From positions 1 through 54,612 of the IMG/VR virus record IMGVR_UViG_3300020474_000018: 54,612 nucleotides of DNA; one strand, given 5' to 3'. Shown one piece after another: positions 38,201 to 46,222 of the stretch. The notes under the pieces are model-generated. The model saw nothing but the letters and a program-made list of their open reading frames with translations, was not told the origin of the DNA and searched no databases. A program made the position numbers and the translations under genes. How positions within the stretch are numbered: position 1 is the first letter of the stretch; the number at the start of each line of letters is the position of its first letter. Origin of the DNA: a virus (lineage: Duplodnaviria; Caudoviricetes).

Positions 38201-38650
38201 GTGGCGGAAGATAGACCAAGAAAAGAAAAGAATCTATTAGAGAATATTGAAGCATACGCTCCAACTGGAGATTTCTCAGAGGAAGAAAAGTTAGAATATC
38301 TAGTTAATTTAACGGGAGTGTTTCCAATAAATGCGGTGGTTACACCGAGAGTTAGGAACAAGTTAGAGGAACTTTATATTCCTCCAATTTCTGAATTTGA
38401 TCCTGAGCTTGGGGTAACATGGTTTATCCCCAGAGAATGTAAGCTGAAAAAGTCAAAGAACGGAAAGAACTTTTATGTTGTCAAAGTTATCGACGACAAC
38501 AATGAAACGACAGTAATTAGGTGTTGGGGTGTAGACCCCGATAAAGATATTGTACAAATCAACAGGCCTTATATGGCCAGATTGAATTACAATCAACAGT
38601 GGGGTTTTTCCACTTTTAGTATGAGAAAGATGTTTAAGCTATTAGCATAA
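35216..38650 (+). CDS. dnaE: DNA polymerase III alpha subunit (family C)
   Basis: PHP domain HAHS...TDHG, GRGSAAGSLV, YPDIDYD, HAGGVV, KFDILGL, FQEQ and YGFNKSHA. Confidence 0.97.
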   Translation: MNSRTESSIPFVGLHAHSVAGSPFDALGYPPEHMDFAYGNGMDALALTDHGNMNGLAWQVLHAKKMKKAGKEFKPIFGCEAYFIPSVAKWKEEYEEIKNAAKKKSDYEADNSGTTVEDEGASKKKIKSVLNRRRHLILLAMNQTGLQNIFKMISRSYSGDNFYRYPRVDYALLKKHNEGVIAASACLGGVYAGNYWENRDVGPDAILGAMRQTTQKMQDIFGDRWYGELQWNNVPEQHELNRYIIQMNQEFGIDLISTADSHYYNADVWKDRELYKRLGWLGKGRPDYLSDELPVSVEEVGYELYPKNGDQMFESYKKYSKECGAEYDDKLVLDSIKRTHQIAHERIETFLPDNTVRLPDFVVPEGSTAGQTLAALCVEGLRSLGLANEQKYVDRLKHEVNVIEDRGFSKYFLTMKAIADVAVTRQLVGAGRGSAAGSLVAYVLNITQVDPIKYGLQFERFLTKGGSGYPDIDYDVSDPMTLKEELIDEWGDDSVVPITNWNTLQLRSLIKDISKFYGIEFTEVNNVTSKMVYEATPLAKKKHGITAGVYVPTFEELMEFSESLQKFLQKYPHIKTHIEKLYGQTRSASRHAGGVVVGENLDKWMPLINSGGVRQTPWSEGQNVRHLEPMGFIKFDILGLASLRMLEGAIERILRRHHGMSDPTFADIKDYYDKNLHPEVIDLEDKDVWQNIFHKGKWAGIFQFTETGAQSFCKNARPDNIIDLAAITSIYRPGPLGAGVDRKYIGAKSEPEEVEYVNKHVREVTEETYGFLIFQEQIAMLAHKLGKGLSLDEGNKLRKLLTKKGTGAVQAEKDKIFDKFKRGCIEKGMKDYEARELWETFEYFSGYGFNKSHAVSYCVLSYQCAYLLNYYPAEWLAAFLDKEPETRKERAIATAKSLGYNVEPLNVNTSGVNWEISKDGKTLIQPLSSIKGLGIKAIEQIIQHRPFKTIEEFLFHPEITYSKLNKKSIQALTLSQAMNSLIDDRFTGLKHFWNAVAEDRPRKEKNLLENIEAYAPTGDFSEEEKLEYLVNLTGVFPINAVVTPRVRNKLEELYIPPISEFDPELGVTWFIPRECKLKKSKNGKNFYVVKVIDDNNETTVIRCWGVDPDKDIVQINRPYMARLNYNQQWGFSTFSMRKMFKLLA

Positions 38651-38662
38651 AGGAGAAATAAT

Positions 38663-39295
38663 ATGGCTAAATTAACAGGACTGGCTGCAAAAGTTGTAGC
38701 AGATCAGTATAAAAAAACACTAGAAAAGAAAGGGTTTGCATTTTTTGAAAATGGAGACTACAACTTAAACATCGTTGGAGTAAGAAATAACTCTGGCGAT
38801 GCTTCCAAATTTGATGACTTCATCAATGTTATCTATAAGGTAAGCGGAGAGTGGGTATGTGATACTTACCCAGTGACTACCGAGCCAGGCCCTTCAATCT
38901 TGCGAAGACCGCTAAAAGAAGTTGCCCACAAGGGAACCGCGATCTTGGTTCCGGGCCAATACAGAAGCACTTATAAGATCGACTGGCACGGAAACAGAGA
39001 TAGGGGCCATATGGCGCTGTGCCAGAGAGGTGGCCAAGTTAGTGTATGGAGAGACAACAATAGAGATACAACTCCTGACTACCACGGCCCTGAAGATGTA
39101 GGGTGGTACGGTATCAACATCCACAAACACCGCGGCTCAGATGCACGAATAAATACGGGAGGCGCCTCCGCCGGCTGCCAAGTTTTTCAAAGTAGTGTAG
39201 ACTTTGCAGAGTTTATGGAAATCTGCTCAGACGCTAGAGATCAATGGGGCAACAGTTTTACGTATACACTATTGGAGGAAAAATGTCTTTGTTAG
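38663..39295 (+). CDS. Putative peptidoglycan-active enzyme with an L,D-transpeptidase (YkuD)-like catalytic motif
   Basis: GINIH-x14-SAGCQV matches the H...S.GC catalytic spacing; PGQY motif. Confidence 0.55.
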   Translation: MAKLTGLAAKVVADQYKKTLEKKGFAFFENGDYNLNIVGVRNNSGDASKFDDFINVIYKVSGEWVCDTYPVTTEPGPSILRRPLKEVAHKGTAILVPGQYRSTYKIDWHGNRDRGHMALCQRGGQVSVWRDNNRDTTPDYHGPEDVGWYGINIHKHRGSDARINTGGASAGCQVFQSSVDFAEFMEICSDARDQWGNSFTYTLLEEKCLC

Positions 39296-39753
39296 AAGAA
39301 AATTTTGTTAGAGTATTTCACACGCATGAAAATGTTAAAACACCCATCAGAGCACATCCAACTGATGCAGGAATGGATTTCTTTTTTTGTCCTAAGGATA
39401 AGACAATCCAAAGAAGAATTGATCCAGGACAAAGTGTTCTACTTGAGACTGGAATCAAGATGGAGGTTCCTCAAGATTGTATGTTGCAGATCATGAACAA
39501 GTCGGGCATCGCAAGCAAGAAGCACTTAATTGCAGGCGCCTGCGTCGTTGATGAGGGATACAGTGGAGAGATTTTTGTAAACCTTCATAACATTGGAAAA
39601 ACAGCACAATTTATCGAGCCTGGCCAAAAAATTGCCCAAGGCGTTTTTGTGAGAATTGAAAAACCTAATATTAAGATTCTTGAAATGGATAATATCTACG
39701 GCGGAGAAACAGCAAGAGGCAAAGGCGCTCTTGGCTCAACGGGAGATATCTAA
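39283..39753 (+). CDS. dut: Trimeric dUTPase
   Basis: AGMD, KSG, VVDEGYSGE, KIAQ and RGKGALGSTG; GGAGG RBS before ATG 39283. Confidence 0.95.
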   Translation: MSLLEENFVRVFHTHENVKTPIRAHPTDAGMDFFFCPKDKTIQRRIDPGQSVLLETGIKMEVPQDCMLQIMNKSGIASKKHLIAGACVVDEGYSGEIFVNLHNIGKTAQFIEPGQKIAQGVFVRIEKPNIKILEMDNIYGGETARGKGALGSTGDI

Positions 39754-40010
39754 TGGCTAGCTTTGCAAGAAAGTTAAAAAGAAAGCAACTTGTCGTGGCT
39801 AGGAAAAAGTTTATGAAAGACTTTAAAAGGTCTATGTCAAAGTTTAAGAAGCAAGTCATGTGCTCTAAATGTGGTAGGCAACCATATCCCGGAGAGAAGA
39901 TAGACAACTGGCATATTGATAAATATTCAGAAAAGATTGACTTAATCTGTACAGATTGCTATACTGGAGAAGAAAGTGAGGAAACAAATGAAAACAGCAC
40001 TGAGCTTTGA
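39753..40010 (+). CDS. Small basic Zn-finger-like protein
   Basis: CSKC...CTDC with a Lys/Arg-rich N-terminus. Confidence 0.55.
   Translation: MASFARKLKRKQLVVARKKFMKDFKRSMSKFKKQVMCSKCGRQPYPGEKIDNWHIDKYSEKIDLICTDCYTGEESEETNENSTEL
39937..39965 (+). promoter_or_regulatory. sigma70-like promoter
   Basis: TTGACT-N17-TATACT with TG extension, before the GuaB-like gene. Confidence 0.55.
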
Positions 40011-41196
40011 TGATGTTCTTTTGGTCCCGAGAATGTCAGAGATAGAATCTAGAAAAGATGTGGACCTCTCATCCGTATTAAAATACACAGACTATGATGA
40101 AAGTCTTGATCTATTAACTGGTTATGAGTTTTCACTTCCTATCATCTCTTCTCCAATGGATACTGTTACTGGAAGAGATATGATGAGAGCGATGCACCAT
40201 GCAGGAGGCCTTGGTATCGGCCATAGGTATTGCTCTATAGAAGAACAGGTAGAAATGGTACGACCAACTATCAGTCACCCTTACAAGAAAAAAGAAGAGA
40301 AACTGGATTGGGACAAGGTCAAAAGTACCTCCTCCTTACACCCGTTTATGAAAGAGGTTTACGTAGACCCTTACCATTCGCCAAAGGCAAAGGCCTTGAA
40401 TACTGGAGTTGATGACTATCTGCAAGATGTTAAGAGTTTTAGTCACACAGCTGCAGCTGCTATTGGTGTAACAGGAGACTTCCTTGAACGTGCCCAGGAA
40501 CTTGTAAAAGCAGAGTGTAAGATTCTTTGCATTGATGTAGCTCATGGCCATCACATCTCCGTGAAAAAAGCTCTTAAGAAACTTAAGAAGCAGTTTGGTG
40601 ATGATGTTGTACTCATTGCAGGTAATGTAGCTACTGCAAGAGCCTTCGAGCACTTGTCTGATTGGGGAGCAGATGCAATAAGGGTAGGTATCGGCGGAGG
40701 CTCTATTTGCTCTACAAGAATCCAGACTGGTCATGGTGTACCAACACTGCAATCAATTATAGACTGTGCAGAATCAGAGGGTGATGCAAAGATCATAGCT
40801 GATGGTGGAATTAGAAATGCCGGAGATATTGTTAAATGTCTCGCTGCAGGTGCAGACTTTGTAATGCTGGGTTCGCTACTGGCCGGAACTGATCAAACCC
40901 CTGGTCAAGTGTTTACTTCAGCAGAGGGTAACAAATATAAGGTCTACAGAGGTATGGCTTCTGCAGAGGCCCAGATTGACTGGAGAGGCAAGGCAAAGTC
41001 TCTTGAGGGTGTGTCTACTACTATTCCATGGAAGGGTTCGGTGAAAAAAATCTTAAAAGATTTAGAACAAAACATTCGCTCTGGACTTTCCTACAGTGGT
41101 GCGACTAGTATAGAGGACTTGTATAGCAGTGCAAAGTTTATCAAACAAACTCAAGCAGGCATGCGGGAAAGTTTTACACATATTTTAAACAGATGA
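39988..41196 (+). CDS. IMP dehydrogenase/GMP reductase family enzyme without CBS domains
   Basis: LSFDDVLLVP, SSPMDTV, IDVAHGH, GIGGGSICSTR, IADGGI, YRGMAS and EG motifs. Confidence 0.9.
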   Translation: MKTALSFDDVLLVPRMSEIESRKDVDLSSVLKYTDYDESLDLLTGYEFSLPIISSPMDTVTGRDMMRAMHHAGGLGIGHRYCSIEEQVEMVRPTISHPYKKKEEKLDWDKVKSTSSLHPFMKEVYVDPYHSPKAKALNTGVDDYLQDVKSFSHTAAAAIGVTGDFLERAQELVKAECKILCIDVAHGHHISVKKALKKLKKQFGDDVVLIAGNVATARAFEHLSDWGADAIRVGIGGGSICSTRIQTGHGVPTLQSIIDCAESEGDAKIIADGGIRNAGDIVKCLAAGADFVMLGSLLAGTDQTPGQVFTSAEGNKYKVYRGMASAEAQIDWRGKAKSLEGVSTTIPWKGSVKKILKDLEQNIRSGLSYSGATSIEDLYSSAKFIKQTQAGMRESFTHILNR

Positions 41197-41528
41197 AAGA
41201 ACACCACCCAGATAAAGTTGTCAAATTTGTTTTTAGCGTGTACGAAAAACTTTCAGCAGATCTAAAGATAAGATTAAGATACGACAACTTAAGCCAGACT
41301 AAATTTTTTGCTGGAATAGTCAAGCTTTATTTAGAAAATGATGAGAATATGATGAAGGTTATGTACAAAGTTAAACAAAATGCCGCGTCTATGGGTAAGA
41401 GCAAATTGAACAGAACAATAAAAGATATAAACAGAGGAGAAAATATTATGGAACAATTAGGAATCACAGATTCTGACAAACAAAGTATATTTGATTTGAT
41501 TGAGATGGATTCACAAGAATATGAATAA
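41193..41528 (+). CDS. Hypothetical protein (possible ribbon-helix-helix-like N-terminus)
   Basis: 111 aa, coupled ORF. Confidence 0.5.
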   Translation: MKEHHPDKVVKFVFSVYEKLSADLKIRLRYDNLSQTKFFAGIVKLYLENDENMMKVMYKVKQNAASMGKSKLNRTIKDINRGENIMEQLGITDSDKQSIFDLIEMDSQEYE

Positions 41529-41733
41529 AGAGACTTGTAAATGTTGCGGAAGAGAAAAAGAAAAATGTTGGATAGATTACCCAGAAGATGACAACTGTAT
41601 ATATGAGACCATCAGAAAACATGGTCCTATAACACTAGATGAGGTCTCAAAGAGACTGGGTATATCTCTGGTAAGAGTGGCTCAGATTGAAAAACAAGCA
41701 TTAAAGAAACTTTCTAAGAGAATAAAAATATGA
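41521..41733 (+). CDS. Stand-alone sigma70 region 4-like HTH protein
   Basis: TLDEVSKRLGISLVRVAQIEKQALKKL matches region 4.2; Cys-rich N-terminus. Confidence 0.75.
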   Translation: MNKETCKCCGREKEKCWIDYPEDDNCIYETIRKHGPITLDEVSKRLGISLVRVAQIEKQALKKLSKRIKI

Positions 41734-41751
41734 CTTTTATCCAAAAAACTT

Positions 41752-41760
41752 ACTATTTAT
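41752..41760 (+). promoter_or_regulatory. Putative late promoter motif ACTATTTAT
   Basis: Intergenic; identical to 7921 and 50793. Confidence 0.55.
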
Positions 41761-41806
41761 AGTTGTACAAATACACTATTCACTAATTTGAAAAGGAGAA
41801 TATAAA

Positions 41807-42415
41807 ATGAGTGATAACAAATTACTAGCAGAGAACACAGTTCGACGCTTCATGAAACTAGCAAACGTAGACTCTTTAACTGATACTTTCATTCAGGAGA
41901 CATACGCATCAAAGATGAAAGATGAGAAAGATAAAGAAACACAAAAAGAGGAAGCTGAAAATACTGAAGAGGTTGTGGAAGAATCAGAAGAAGAGATTGA
42001 TATCAACGAAGAAGAGGAACTTGAACTCAATGAAGAAGAGATTGACGAGATGATGGGCTCTTCTTATAAAGACGAAGATGCGGAAATGGAAGATCCCGAA
42101 GGTGAAGGTCTCGAAGGCGAAGAGCCAGGAAAGGCAGACTTAAGCCTATCTGAAGAAGAAGCACAGGTAATCATCGATCTAGGCAAACGCCTCGAAGAAG
42201 CGATGGGTGACGAAATGGTCGCCGGCGACGACATGGGCGAACTAGATCCGGGCGAGGACATGGGCGGAGAAGAAATGGCTGCAGCTGATGAACCCGAAGG
42301 AGAAGAAGAGGATGACGAGCTTGGAATGATGGCAGAAGAAAAAGACGCTATTGTACAAGAGGTTCTGAAAAGAGTAGCAAAGAGGCTCGTATCAGAAAGA
42401 GTCAACCGATCTTAA
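41807..42415 (+). CDS. Highly acidic protein, probable prohead core/scaffold-type
   Basis: Glu/Asp-rich; KLLAENTVRRFMKLA N-terminus and IVQEVLKRVAKRL C-terminus. Confidence 0.5.
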   Translation: MSDNKLLAENTVRRFMKLANVDSLTDTFIQETYASKMKDEKDKETQKEEAENTEEVVEESEEEIDINEEEELELNEEEIDEMMGSSYKDEDAEMEDPEGEGLEGEEPGKADLSLSEEEAQVIIDLGKRLEEAMGDEMVAGDDMGELDPGEDMGGEEMAAADEPEGEEEDDELGMMAEEKDAIVQEVLKRVAKRLVSERVNRS

Positions 42416-42444
42416 GATAAAAATTTGTTATCACGTTCTATATG

Positions 42445-42484
42445 AAAACCCCAAGTTTATCAAAAGCTATGGGGTTTTTGTTTT
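42445..42484 (+). terminator. Probable terminator hairpin
   Basis: AAAACCCCA...TGGGGTTTT followed by T-rich sequence. Confidence 0.6.
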
Positions 42485-42511
42485 GACAATCTCTAAAAAA
42501 AGTGTTATTAT
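42483..42511 (+). promoter_or_regulatory. sigma70-like promoter, probably giving a leaderless transcript
   Basis: TTGACA-N17-TATTAT with TG extension; ATG 42518 starts 7 nt after the -10 box. Confidence 0.65.
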
Positions 42512-42517
42512 CAAATA

Positions 42518-42925
42518 ATGAGTGATTTAGTATTTTACAGTATAATCATGTTCTGGTCTGGAGTATTCTTAACCAAGGCAGTATTTTATTTTGATATGAA
42601 GCGCAAGAAGCGCCGCTTTTATCTTTTAATGTCTGCAGCAATATTGCAAGTTCTAGACTCAATCTACACTTGTCATATGGCAGTCACTGAATACGCGTCT
42701 ACAGAATTAAAAAACATAGATTCCATAGAAGAAAACGATATTCAAGAATATTTAAGAAAAGAGGGTGACAAAATTTCTATTTTCATGGATCTATATACTC
42801 TGCTCTTTATAAAGGCCACTCCGGAGAGCGGAAGAGAATATATAAACTATAGAACTTGGAAAGAAGCTCACGCTCTAATATTAAAGATGCGCGAGGCTAT
42901 CAATCATGAAAAAAATAAAGGCTAG
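42518..42925 (+). CDS. Hypothetical membrane-anchored protein
   Basis: N-terminal hydrophobic helix followed by KRKKRR. Confidence 0.55.
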   Translation: MSDLVFYSIIMFWSGVFLTKAVFYFDMKRKKRRFYLLMSAAILQVLDSIYTCHMAVTEYASTELKNIDSIEENDIQEYLRKEGDKISIFMDLYTLLFIKATPESGREYINYRTWKEAHALILKMREAINHEKNKG

Positions 42926-43160
42926 TTACTGGAAAGTGAAAGAAGACACTTATAAATTGCAAATACAAACAAAAGAAGAGCAGAAAAACATACAAAAGAT
43001 GCTACCAGGCTGGCAGTGTGTTTCGTTCGGGTACGTACCATCAACAAGCGAAGAAATTTTGGTCTTCGAGAAAAGTTTTAAATCAGAAATAGACTGGACA
43101 AAGTTTCTAAACTCTGATATGATTATAGAGAAAGTAGAAATGAGAGACATAAATGAGTAA
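42906..43160 (+). CDS. Hypothetical protein
   Basis: 84 aa, coupled ORF. Confidence 0.5.
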   Translation: MKKIKASYWKVKEDTYKLQIQTKEEQKNIQKMLPGWQCVSFGYVPSTSEEILVFEKSFKSEIDWTKFLNSDMIIEKVEMRDINE

Positions 43161-43842
43161 AAGAATTTCAAATCAACCAAAAAAGAAAAATAAAAAGAAA
43201 AAAGAAATTGATCTCAAAGAAGATGATAAGCAGATTGTGATTGTTAATAACATCCAGGCACCCAGCAACCCAGAGCCAGAACTGCGAACCATCAACTTAT
43301 ATGGGGATATAACTGAGCAGAAAGGAGCTGATGTTGTAGCAGCGCTGTTGTATTTGGAGAACACGTCTCACACTCCAATGTTAGAAGACCCCACAGATCC
43401 AGAATCAATGCCTGTTGTTGTAGCTCGTTCTATAGCAATGATGGTCTCAACCCATGGCGGCGTCGCGTCGGATATGTTTTCAATTTTGGACATTATGGAT
43501 ATGGTCAAAGAGAGAACTTGTGATATAGAGACATTTGGTATTGGCAAGGTGATGTCGGCGGGGGTACCCATCCTCGCAGCCGGCACTAAGGGAAAAAGAA
43601 AGGTCGGACGCAACTGCCGCATAATGCTACACAATGTCATGGCTGGAACAGGAGGTACAATTTTTTCAATGGAGAACGAATTAGAAGAGATCAAATGGGT
43701 ACAGGAGAGGTACATAGAGACGCTGGCCAGCTACACTAAGTTGACACCTTCTAAAATCAAGAAACTCCTAAAGACTCAGAAGGATGTTTACATCTCTGCA
43801 GAGGAAGCAATTAAAATGGGTATTGCTGACGAGATTATCTAA
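43153..43842 (+). CDS. clpP: ClpP-family serine protease
   Basis: INLYGDI, STHGG, VMSAG (Ser), IMLHN (His), KDVYISAEEAIKMGIADEI (Asp). Confidence 0.9.
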   Translation: MSKRISNQPKKKNKKKKEIDLKEDDKQIVIVNNIQAPSNPEPELRTINLYGDITEQKGADVVAALLYLENTSHTPMLEDPTDPESMPVVVARSIAMMVSTHGGVASDMFSILDIMDMVKERTCDIETFGIGKVMSAGVPILAAGTKGKRKVGRNCRIMLHNVMAGTGGTIFSMENELEEIKWVQERYIETLASYTKLTPSKIKKLLKTQKDVYISAEEAIKMGIADEII

Positions 43843-43862
43843 TTATACAGAGGAGCCTTAAC

Positions 43863-45605
43863 ATGTCGTGGCACGAAGAATTTTTATCAGAGAACAACAA
43901 GAAACCTACGCTATCAACAATGGGAGACCTTTTCAGTCTTATTGAGGAGGTTTTTGAGGCGGAAAAGGGTACCCTATTCGGACAAGCTAAGAGTGAAATT
44001 GAAATCTTAAAAGAACAGTTCCTTAATGAAAGAAAAGATTTAACTCTAACACTTCAAGCAATACCAGAAATAAGCGTAAGCGAACTAGGTTGGACAGACG
44101 TTCAAACTAAGGGTGATAAGAAGGTTTCAGGCCCAGAGAGAGAACAACTTGGCCAGTTTCTCAAGCAAATAGAAGGGCAAGACCTAGCCGCAAAAGTCGC
44201 AAGCCTGGCTCTCTTCTATGAGAATGGCCCTTCGGAAGACTACGATAGGCTACCAGTTGGTCAAAAAATCTCAAAGGTACTATCTTATCTAGTTTTTTTC
44301 AAGGCACTTACAAAGGTTGTATCGAACTTCAATGCTGCATCTGCTGGGTTCAACTTTGAAGCGTTTCTTGCTGTGCTGCTAGATGGCAAACAAGTACCAG
44401 CAAATACAGGGACTATTGCTGACTTTACTACGGGAGACGAGATACCAATCAGTTTGAAACTTTACGCCGAGAAATCAGTGGTTGTTGGTGGTTCTTTCAA
44501 CGACCTCGTGGGCGACTTAGTAAAGCCACAATTCAGCGGCTTTGATGGAATGAGATACGTAGTGTGTATGAAGTCATTCAAATCATCTGAGACGGGAGAG
44601 AAGCAGGGCTCTGGACTCGACATTGAAGGCGACATCAAATTTTTTCAGTTTGATTTCACACTTGATAACATTGCGAATATAATTGCTAGGTCTATGGACA
44701 AGTCAAAGATTTGTATTCAACTTCCGGCCGCCTTCGTTGCGTCTGAGGGTAGAGAAGACGTAGCAAGTACACTTCCAGGTGCTTCAATGCCGTCCGCGCA
44801 GGACCTAGAAGACATGTTTATTGGCTTTTTTAAGCAAGAAATTGTGTCCGCACTGGAAGGCACCGGAATTGAAATCAACGACGGCCAAGTCACTGCATTT
44901 TTAGATGCGCTGAAGTGGTCAAAGAGGGATTCTCTTTTCGCCCCTGTTGGCAAAGGGGATGTGCAAAAGTTTGTTGTCCGAGGTCAATCAGGAATAAAAG
45001 GAAAGACTGGAAACTCAGAGGTGAAAAACATCGTCGATGTCCTTGCACAAGATGGCGTCTTTGACTTAGACCCTGAAAACCCTCGCGGCGCACAAGCAGT
45101 TGTCAAGGTGCTCAAAAAGCAATTTGCCCGGGCAACAGATGCCGCCAATGACAAAGTACGCGCACAGTTCGCAAGTGCAAGAGTAAAGGATGAAAGAAAC
45201 AATATGCTGAAGCAGCCAGACTTTTATGCCTCGCTGGAAGATTCAGTGACCTTTTACAATAAACTCAAAGGTAATCCACAATTGCAAAAGCTCGCTCTTG
45301 AAAATTCAAGAGGGATGCTAGAAACGCACCAGTTTGATGTGAATAGAAAACAAGTGCTTGAGATATCGCAGGACCTGGGTGAAATTAAAATTGGCGCAAG
45401 AGTCGTTCAAGAGATGCTGAACAAGATGTCGCAAGACCTCAATGAAGCTATCTTCGATATTTTTACAAACGTGAAAGTAATACAAGACAGCACCTACGCA
45501 TTCATGGCCGGAGGCTTGAAAGATGACGAAAAGGCTAAGGCCAGTATCAAGGCATCCAACGCGATCGCATACAAGACGGAAGAGCTTCGTCCAGAAAATC
45601 AGTGA
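43863..45605 (+). CDS. Hypothetical protein, possible virion-internal protein with a PD-(D/E)xK-like motif
   Basis: 580 aa; GFNFEAFLA...IADF...ISLKLY; TCTAATTAT motif at 43838 and AGGAG RBS. Confidence 0.5.
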   Translation: MSWHEEFLSENNKKPTLSTMGDLFSLIEEVFEAEKGTLFGQAKSEIEILKEQFLNERKDLTLTLQAIPEISVSELGWTDVQTKGDKKVSGPEREQLGQFLKQIEGQDLAAKVASLALFYENGPSEDYDRLPVGQKISKVLSYLVFFKALTKVVSNFNAASAGFNFEAFLAVLLDGKQVPANTGTIADFTTGDEIPISLKLYAEKSVVVGGSFNDLVGDLVKPQFSGFDGMRYVVCMKSFKSSETGEKQGSGLDIEGDIKFFQFDFTLDNIANIIARSMDKSKICIQLPAAFVASEGREDVASTLPGASMPSAQDLEDMFIGFFKQEIVSALEGTGIEINDGQVTAFLDALKWSKRDSLFAPVGKGDVQKFVVRGQSGIKGKTGNSEVKNIVDVLAQDGVFDLDPENPRGAQAVVKVLKKQFARATDAANDKVRAQFASARVKDERNNMLKQPDFYASLEDSVTFYNKLKGNPQLQKLALENSRGMLETHQFDVNRKQVLEISQDLGEIKIGARVVQEMLNKMSQDLNEAIFDIFTNVKVIQDSTYAFMAGGLKDDEKAKASIKASNAIAYKTEELRPENQ

Positions 45606-45614
45606 GGTACAAAA

Positions 45615-46163
45615 ATGAATAACATGAAACTAATAATGGAAAACTGGAGACAGTTTAAAGAAACAAAGTCATCTAGACTTGACCCCCCTGCTGATGGAAT
45701 GACTCCGATAGACCCGTCGGCTTACGATGTTCACGCAGGGGGAGAAATCGGGAAGCCTCAGCCAAAAGGTGCACCAATTAAGCAAAGGAGACAAATAAGT
45801 GTCTATCCTAAACCAGGTTCACTCTTTAACACTTCGACCGGAGAAGTTAACCCTGAGGCAGCTGAAGAGTTGATGGACATCATAGATAAAGACAAGGACC
45901 TTATGATGTCTTCGGACGACCCTTACGTTGATGATTGGCTCGAAAGGACACACGCAGCGATTATGGATGCGATTGAAGGCATGCGTGAAAAGGGTCAAGC
46001 AGAACTTGATGAATTGGATGCAACTCTGGATGGTAAATTTCAAGATGCAATCGAAGACATTAGAGCTATTATTGCCGCCCGTGATTCTGATGATACCTTA
46101 GACATGCGTGGCAAAATCCGAGAAGATACTGTACCCGGCTTCGATCCAGAAACATCACAATAA
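45615..46163 (+). CDS. Acidic hypothetical protein with MKLIMENWRQF leader
   Basis: 182 aa; GAGG RBS; leader shared with the gene at 49844-50761. Confidence 0.6.
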   Translation: MNNMKLIMENWRQFKETKSSRLDPPADGMTPIDPSAYDVHAGGEIGKPQPKGAPIKQRRQISVYPKPGSLFNTSTGEVNPEAAEELMDIIDKDKDLMMSSDDPYVDDWLERTHAAIMDAIEGMREKGQAELDELDATLDGKFQDAIEDIRAIIAARDSDDTLDMRGKIREDTVPGFDPETSQ

Positions 46164-46168
46164 ACTAC

Positions 46169-46196
46169 TTGACATTTTCGTAAAATACGTTATAAT
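46169..46196 (+). promoter_or_regulatory. sigma70-like promoter for groEL
   Basis: TTGACA-N16-TATAAT. Confidence 0.65.
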
Positions 46197-46222
46197 ATAT
46201 ATATTAATGAAAGCGAGGCATA

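Noticed and set aside
24303-38650. Inteins or introns in recA, helicase, nrdJ or dnaE
   Set aside because: Lengths are normal, motifs are contiguous, and no intein-like splice junctions or homing-endonuclease inserts were seen
35216-38650. Apparent GC shift between the 5' and 3' parts of dnaE suggesting mosaicism
   Set aside because: Impression only; it cannot be quantified without a sliding-window calculation and may reflect expression-linked codon bias
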